Shown here in pieces: positions 60,001 to 64,000 of a stretch of 64,000 nucleotides of DNA; position 1 is the first letter of the stretch; every line of letters starts with the position of its first letter. The stretch spans positions 930,001 to 994,000 of the forward strand of contig NIVC01000093.1 in the NCBI GenBank assembly GCA_002269645.1, read 5' to 3'. A program made the position numbers and the translations under genes. The DNA is from Macrostomum lignano. Taxonomy: Eukaryota. Below the pieces are notes generated by a model that did no database searches, had not been told where the DNA came from, and saw nothing but the letters and a program-made list of their open reading frames with translations.

Positions 60001-63000
60001 GAGGAGGCAGCCCTGGTCCGCGGTTTCAGCTGCTTCGTCATACCGCAGCTTCGTCGACGCGACACCGTTGAGCTGTACCGTGGCCTGCTTCGCAACGTGT
60101 TTCCGCTGAGCGCCCGGCCGCAGGCGAACTCGCAGACGCACGATCCGGAGCTGGTGACCTGCCTGCAGGAGCAGCTGGCCGCCGCTGGACTGCAGGCCAC
60201 CCAGGCACAGCTGGGCAAGATGCTGCAGCTGCACGGGTTTCTTGTCGGCGAATCGGCGAGGCCGGCGGTGCTCACCGGAGCCGCTGGCACGGGAAAGTCC
60301 GCCAGCCTGTCCGTGCTGGCCGCCGCCCTGACCAGCCTGGTGGAGCGTCGAGCTGCCGAGTCCGAGCAGGAGGACGCCGCGGACGCTGTCCGGAGAACTC
60401 GGCCGGGCAGCAATCTGGGAATGCTGGACAGCCTGCCTGTTCGACCGGCTTCGTCGGGGGCTTTTAAAATGTGGCAACAGGTTAGAACCTTCTCAAATCT
60501 GCCCAAGGGATTCTCAAATCTACGCCAGGGATTCTCAAATCTACCCCAGTGATTCTCAAATCTACGCCAGGGATTCTCAAATCTGCCCCAGGGATTCTCA
60601 AATCTACCCCAGGGATTCTCAAATCTTCCCAGGATTCTCAAATCTACTTAAGATTTTCTTATCAACATCGGCGCTCAAAGCTCAAACAATCATATTCATA
60701 TTTTAACGCTTCAACTCTCGCAGGTGATCAGTGCCGCCGCACTTGAACAGATGTACATCGAGGTAACCGCCGATTCCGACAACGCCAGCCGCTATCGTCG
60801 GGTTAGTCAACAGAGAATATTTTGCGATGCGCTGACGCCCCCGGAGCTGGAGAAGCTCACCCAGCGCCTCCTCGCCCGAGCCAATCGTCGTCAAGAAGCC
60901 TCCGAATCGTTCGCCGACAATTTTGACGCCAAGCGCTACAAAGGCCTGGCGAAACCGTCCACCACCGACACCTGGCTGGTGTTCGACGGCCAACTCGGTG
61001 GCCAGCTCGGCGAAGCCTTGATCGCCGCCGCCGCCGCCAAGTCCGGCACCGAGGCGACTCTGAAGCTGAACGACGGAAGCAGCTTGAGCGTCAGCCAGCG
61101 GACGCGAATCGCTGTTGAGACCGACCGACTGGACGGCATGTCGCCAGGGATGCTGGCCAGATGCGGCGTCATCTACTTCGGCGAGGACGTCGTCGGGCGG
61201 GAGAGCCTTTGGCGGAGCTGGCTGCACCGCGCCAAGCACCGATACGCGCTCACTAGCGGTGAGGGCCCGGGTCTGCGGGTGGAGGTCAGGGGAGTCTGTA
61301 GCCTGGGGTCAGGGGAGTCTGTAGCCTGGGGTCAGGGGAGTCTGTAGCCTGGGGTCAGGGGAGTCTGTAGCCTGGGGTCAGGGGAGTCTGTAGCCTGGGG
61401 TCAGGGGAGTCTGTAGCCTGGGGTCAGGGCAGTCTGTAGCCTGGGGTCAGGGCAGTCTGTAGCCTGGGGTCAGAGGAGTCTGTAGCCTGGGGTCAGAGGA
61501 GTCTGTAGCCTGGGGTCAGGGCAGTCTGTATCCTGGGGTCAGGGGAGTCTGTAGCCTGGGGTCAGAGTAGTCTGTAGCCTGGGGTCAGGGGAGTCTGTAG
61601 CCTGGGGTCAGGGCAGTCTGTAGCCTGGGGTCAGAGTAGTCTGTAGCCTGGGGTCAGATCAGTCTGTAGCCTGGGGTCAGGGCAGTCTGTAGCCTGGGGT
61701 CAGAGTAGTCTGTAGCCTGGGGTCAGGGCAGTCTGTAGCCTGGGGTCAGAGTAGTCTGTAGCCTGGGGTCAGGGGAGTCTGTAGCCTGGGGTCAGGGGAG
61801 TCTGTAGCCTAGGGTCAGGGCAGTCTGTAGCCTGGGGTCAGGGGAGTCTGTAGCCTGGGGTCAGGGGAGTCTGTAGCCTGGGGTCAGGGGAGTCTGTAGC
61901 CTGGGGTCAGGGCAGTCTGTAGCCTGGGGTCAGGGCAGTCTGTAGCCTGGGGTCAGAGGAGTCTGTAGCCTGGGGTCAGAGGAGTCTGTAGCCTGGGGTC
62001 AGGGCAGTCTGTATCCTGGGCTCAGGGGAGTCTGTAGCCTGGGGTCAGAGTAGTCTGTAGCCTGGGGTCAGGGGAGTCTGTAGCCTGGGGTCAGGGCAGT
62101 CTGTAGCCTGGGGTCAGAGTAGTCTGTAGCCTGGGGTCAGGGCAGTCTGTAGCCTGGGGTCAGAGTAGTCTGTAGCCTGGGGTCAGGGGAGTCTGTAGCC
62201 TGGGGTCAGGGGAGTCTGTAGCCTAGGGTCAGGGCAGTCTGTAGCCTGGGGTCAGGGGAGTCTGTAGCCTGGGGTCAGGGCAGTCTGTAGCCTAGGGTCA
62301 GGGCAGTCTGTAGCCTGGGGTCAGGGGAGTCTGTAGCCTAGGGTCAGATCAGTCTGTAGCCTGGGGTCAGGGCAGTCTGTAGCCTGGGGTCAGATCAGTC
62401 TGTAGCCTAGGGTCAGATCAGTCTGTAGCCTGGGGTCAGGGCAGTCTGTAGCCTGGGGTCAGATCAGTCTGTAGCCTAGGGTCAGATCAGTCTGTAGCCT
62501 GGGGTCAGGGCAGTCTGTAGCCTAGGGTCAGGGCAGTCTGTAGCCTGGGGTCAGGGGAGTCTGTAGCCTGGGGTCAGGGGAGTCTGTAGCCTAGGGTCAG
62601 GGCAGTCTGTAGCCTGGGGTCAGGGGAGTCTGTAGCTTGCAGTAAAACAATGTGACGGTTCATTTCTAAAAAACCACCTCAGGCGGAGCTGCAGTGCTGG
62701 AGGACCTGACCGACGCTCTGCTGCCACCTCTGGTCAGCTTCGCATCCAGTCGTCAAGTTCGCTTCGCCCTTCCCGGCTGTCGCGCCTTCCACTGCGTCAG
62801 CGCGTTCCTTCGCGTACTGGACGCTTTGATGTCGCGGTATTTTACCCAGGAGGACTGGACTTTGCCCACGACTTCGGACAGTCCTCCTGTCAGGTCTGGA
62901 GACTGTTCGGGACTGCACAGCCTGCCGCCCAGCTGGACAAGCATCGACACCAACCTGCCGCTCTATTATGCTCTGCTCCGCGCCTTCCACCTGTACGCCC

Positions 63001-63826
63001 TGGCCTGGGGCTTCGGCGGCTGCCTGACCTCGGAGCAGTGTCCTGAGTTCGATTCCATCATCAGAGACGCCGTTAAAACTGGCGGAGAGAAGACTTCGTC
63101 AGTTGAATTGCCCGACTGCGGACTATTCGAATGCTTTGTGGATATGAAGACTGGATCGCTGCTGCGCTGGTCGGAGAAGTACATGGAGAAGGCCCGGCCG
63201 AAGGACAGTTTCTGGCGAACACCGGACACGGAAAGTTGTCACCACGTGGCTCGGTTGCTGCTTCAATCCGGCCGCTCGGTCAGCCTCTGGGGCGCGAGCG
63301 GTTGCGGCAAGACCAGCTTTGTCGAGTTCTACTTCAACAAGCAGCCTCTGGCGGCTCGACGAATCGCTGTGTCGCCTCGACTGTCCAGCCGGCAGATGGA
63401 GGCTTCCATTGACGCCGCACACAGCGAGCTGCTCAGCAAGAGACGGCCGCAAAAGCAAAGAAAATTGCTGCTGTTTCTTGACGATCTTCACCGAGGCGGC
63501 AGCTGCTCGGAGCTGGCCCGCTGCATTGTGGACTGCGGCGGTCATTTCGCCCGGGGCGATGACGCTGACGATGGGGAATTCCGCGAACTGTCTGAGGTGC
63601 AGCTGCTGACGGCGGTATCAGCGGCGCCGCCCGGGTCGAAGCAGATGCTGAGCTCGCGGCTGCTTCATCAGATGCAGCCGGTGAGGCTGGACACCGCCAA
63701 GGAGGCTGCACTGACTGGCGTGTTCGTAAAACGGGTGTCAGCGTGGATGGCGGAGTTCCCGGCCTACGCTTTGCCGCACGAGGAGTTTCTGGCTAATGTG
63801 AGCTATCTGTGTAGGGTGCTAGAAAT

Positions 63827-63863
<37 letters not shown>

Positions 63864-64000
63864 CAGTCAGCTAGTTACTTGGTGGAAAACTAGATCAAAG
63901 CTATCAATGCATTCCACTGCAGACTATGGCCCAGGCGCTGCACCAGCTGTACATCCGGGTTGAGCGGGAGCTTCCAGCCACGCCAGCCTGCCCATTGAAC
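45491..64000 (+). CDS. DNHD1: DNHD1-like dynein heavy chain, 5' part. Exons: 45491-45516, 45617-45718, 45815-45893, 47169-47529, 48119-48189, 48284-48912, 49575-49748, 49822-50086, 50835-51084, 51324-51477, 52030-52204, 52389-52730, 53449-53610, 53702-53800, 53886-54083, 54661-55038, 55848-57161, 57664-58062, 58510-59036, 59682-60480, 60724-61258, 62683-63797, 63923->64000
   Basis: All GT-AG with consistent phases. [41 protein letters not shown]...[23 protein letters not shown] parallels DNHD1 HYIFSPFGILHVHP..GSETMTLGTW...QFIPFF...HLLLAVPHFGAGLLHISRLLQEL. Linker [14 protein letters not shown] and [20 protein letters not shown]1 [13 protein letters not shown]2 GAAGTGKS and WLVFDG, AAA3 GASGCGKT and LFLDD. 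Confidence 0.85.
45911..47095. repeat. 24-bp minisatellite (ACTCAATTCAACTGAGCATTAGCT)n, DNHD1 intron 3
   Basis: Directly visible, ~49 copies. Confidence 0.97.
47570..48070. repeat. (TTAG/TCAG)n microsatellite, DNHD1 intron 4; a second short copy at 63828-63870
   Basis: Directly visible. Confidence 0.97.
49198..49266 (+). pseudogene. tRNA-derived element (SINE head or tRNA pseudogene)
   Basis: A-box-like TAGCCTCGTGGTAAGAGC and B-box GGTTCGATTC at tRNA spacing, but the anticodon and acceptor stems pair poorly. Confidence 0.55.
50119..50765. repeat. 38-bp purine-rich minisatellite, DNHD1 intron 8
   Basis: AAAGATCAAAGACAGGGGAGGATTGGCGGCAGATCATG at 50191, 50229 and onward. Confidence 0.95.
51505..51950. 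repeat. 21-bp minisatellite (AAATCGCTAAGGTCACTATAG)n, DNHD1 intron 10
   Basis: Directly visible; explains the VTLAISI ORF. Confidence 0.95.
52765..53340. repeat. Degenerate ~35-bp minisatellite (GTGGGTGTACGCTGGGGTAAGAAAATACGAGTGAG), DNHD1 intron 12
   Basis: Directly visible, degenerate. Confidence 0.85.
54240..54560 (-). mobile_element. 5'-truncated LINE 3' end, antisense in DNHD1 intron 15
   Basis: [45 protein letters not shown] has the CCHC-type knuckle found at the end of non-LTR ORF2; same family as the copy at 19.9 kb. Confidence 0.75.
55085..55755. repeat. 28-bp G-rich minisatellite (GTTGGGGAAGGGGTAGAAGACACGGAGG)n, DNHD1 intron 16
   Basis: Copies at 55151, 55179 and onward. Confidence 0.97.
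57178..57605. repeat. Compound 20-bp/24-bp minisatellite (CTAGCAATCCACTGCATAGT then CTAGCAATCCACACTCACTCCAGT), DNHD1 intron 17
   Basis: Directly visible. Confidence 0.95.
58085..58495. repeat. Degenerate 12-bp repeat (GATTATCGATGG)n, DNHD1 intron 18
   Basis: ATCGAT cores spaced ~12 bp apart; explains the IDNP ORF. Confidence 0.9.
59045..59598. repeat. Compound 20-bp/24-bp minisatellite (GCTAGACTGGACTGAGAATT, GATTGCTAGACTGGAGTGAGTGTG), DNHD1 intron 19
   Basis: Directly visible; reverse-complement relative of the intron 17 array. Confidence 0.95.
60489..60650. repeat. 21-bp minisatellite (GGGATTCTCAAATCTACCCCA), DNHD1 intron 20
   Basis: ~7 copies, starting just after the donor. Confidence 0.9.
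61283..62636. repeat. 23-bp G-rich minisatellite (GGGGTCAGGGGAGTCTGTAGCCT)n, DNHD1 intron 21
   Basis: ~58 copies, directly visible. Confidence 0.97.

Noticed and set aside
48230-63711. Numerous minus-strand ORFs overlapping DNHD1 exons
   Set aside because: Shadow ORFs expected from GC-rich coding sequence.

Overview
Intron-rich eukaryotic (animal) genomic window. GC-rich exons, AT-rich spacers and a different minisatellite in many introns resemble the flatworm Macrostomum lignano (species is inference). Genes reconstructed by hand from splice sites and phases: IFT172 (first exon, minus) head-to-head with the mitochondrial acyl carrier protein NDUFAB1 (3 exons, plus); a minus-strand tandem-PH/coiled-coil protein (14.0-23.2 kb, family uncertain); a secreted protein of signal peptide plus 6 x (33-nt microexon + WSC-domain exon) (26.2-34.9 kb); an orphan single-pass membrane exon; UBXN10; SSNA1 head-to-head with a DNHD1-like dynein heavy chain (22 phase-consistent exons plus a 23rd running off the window). 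Many Tc1/mariner and hAT-like MITEs, two related LINE 3' ends, a Helitron-like element and about 25 tandem-repeat arrays are present. Best leads: (1) the WSC array appears to have grown by fusing whole mature-protein units at the signal-peptide cleavage site; (2) two introns carry reverse-complementary satellites that bracket the two AAA1 exons of the dynein; (3) a satellite made of perfect 5' splice sites fills an intron on its sense strand; (4) four cilia genes lie within 64 kb. No CRISPR, rRNA or intact tRNA was seen. All assignments come from recalled family motifs, not database searches.
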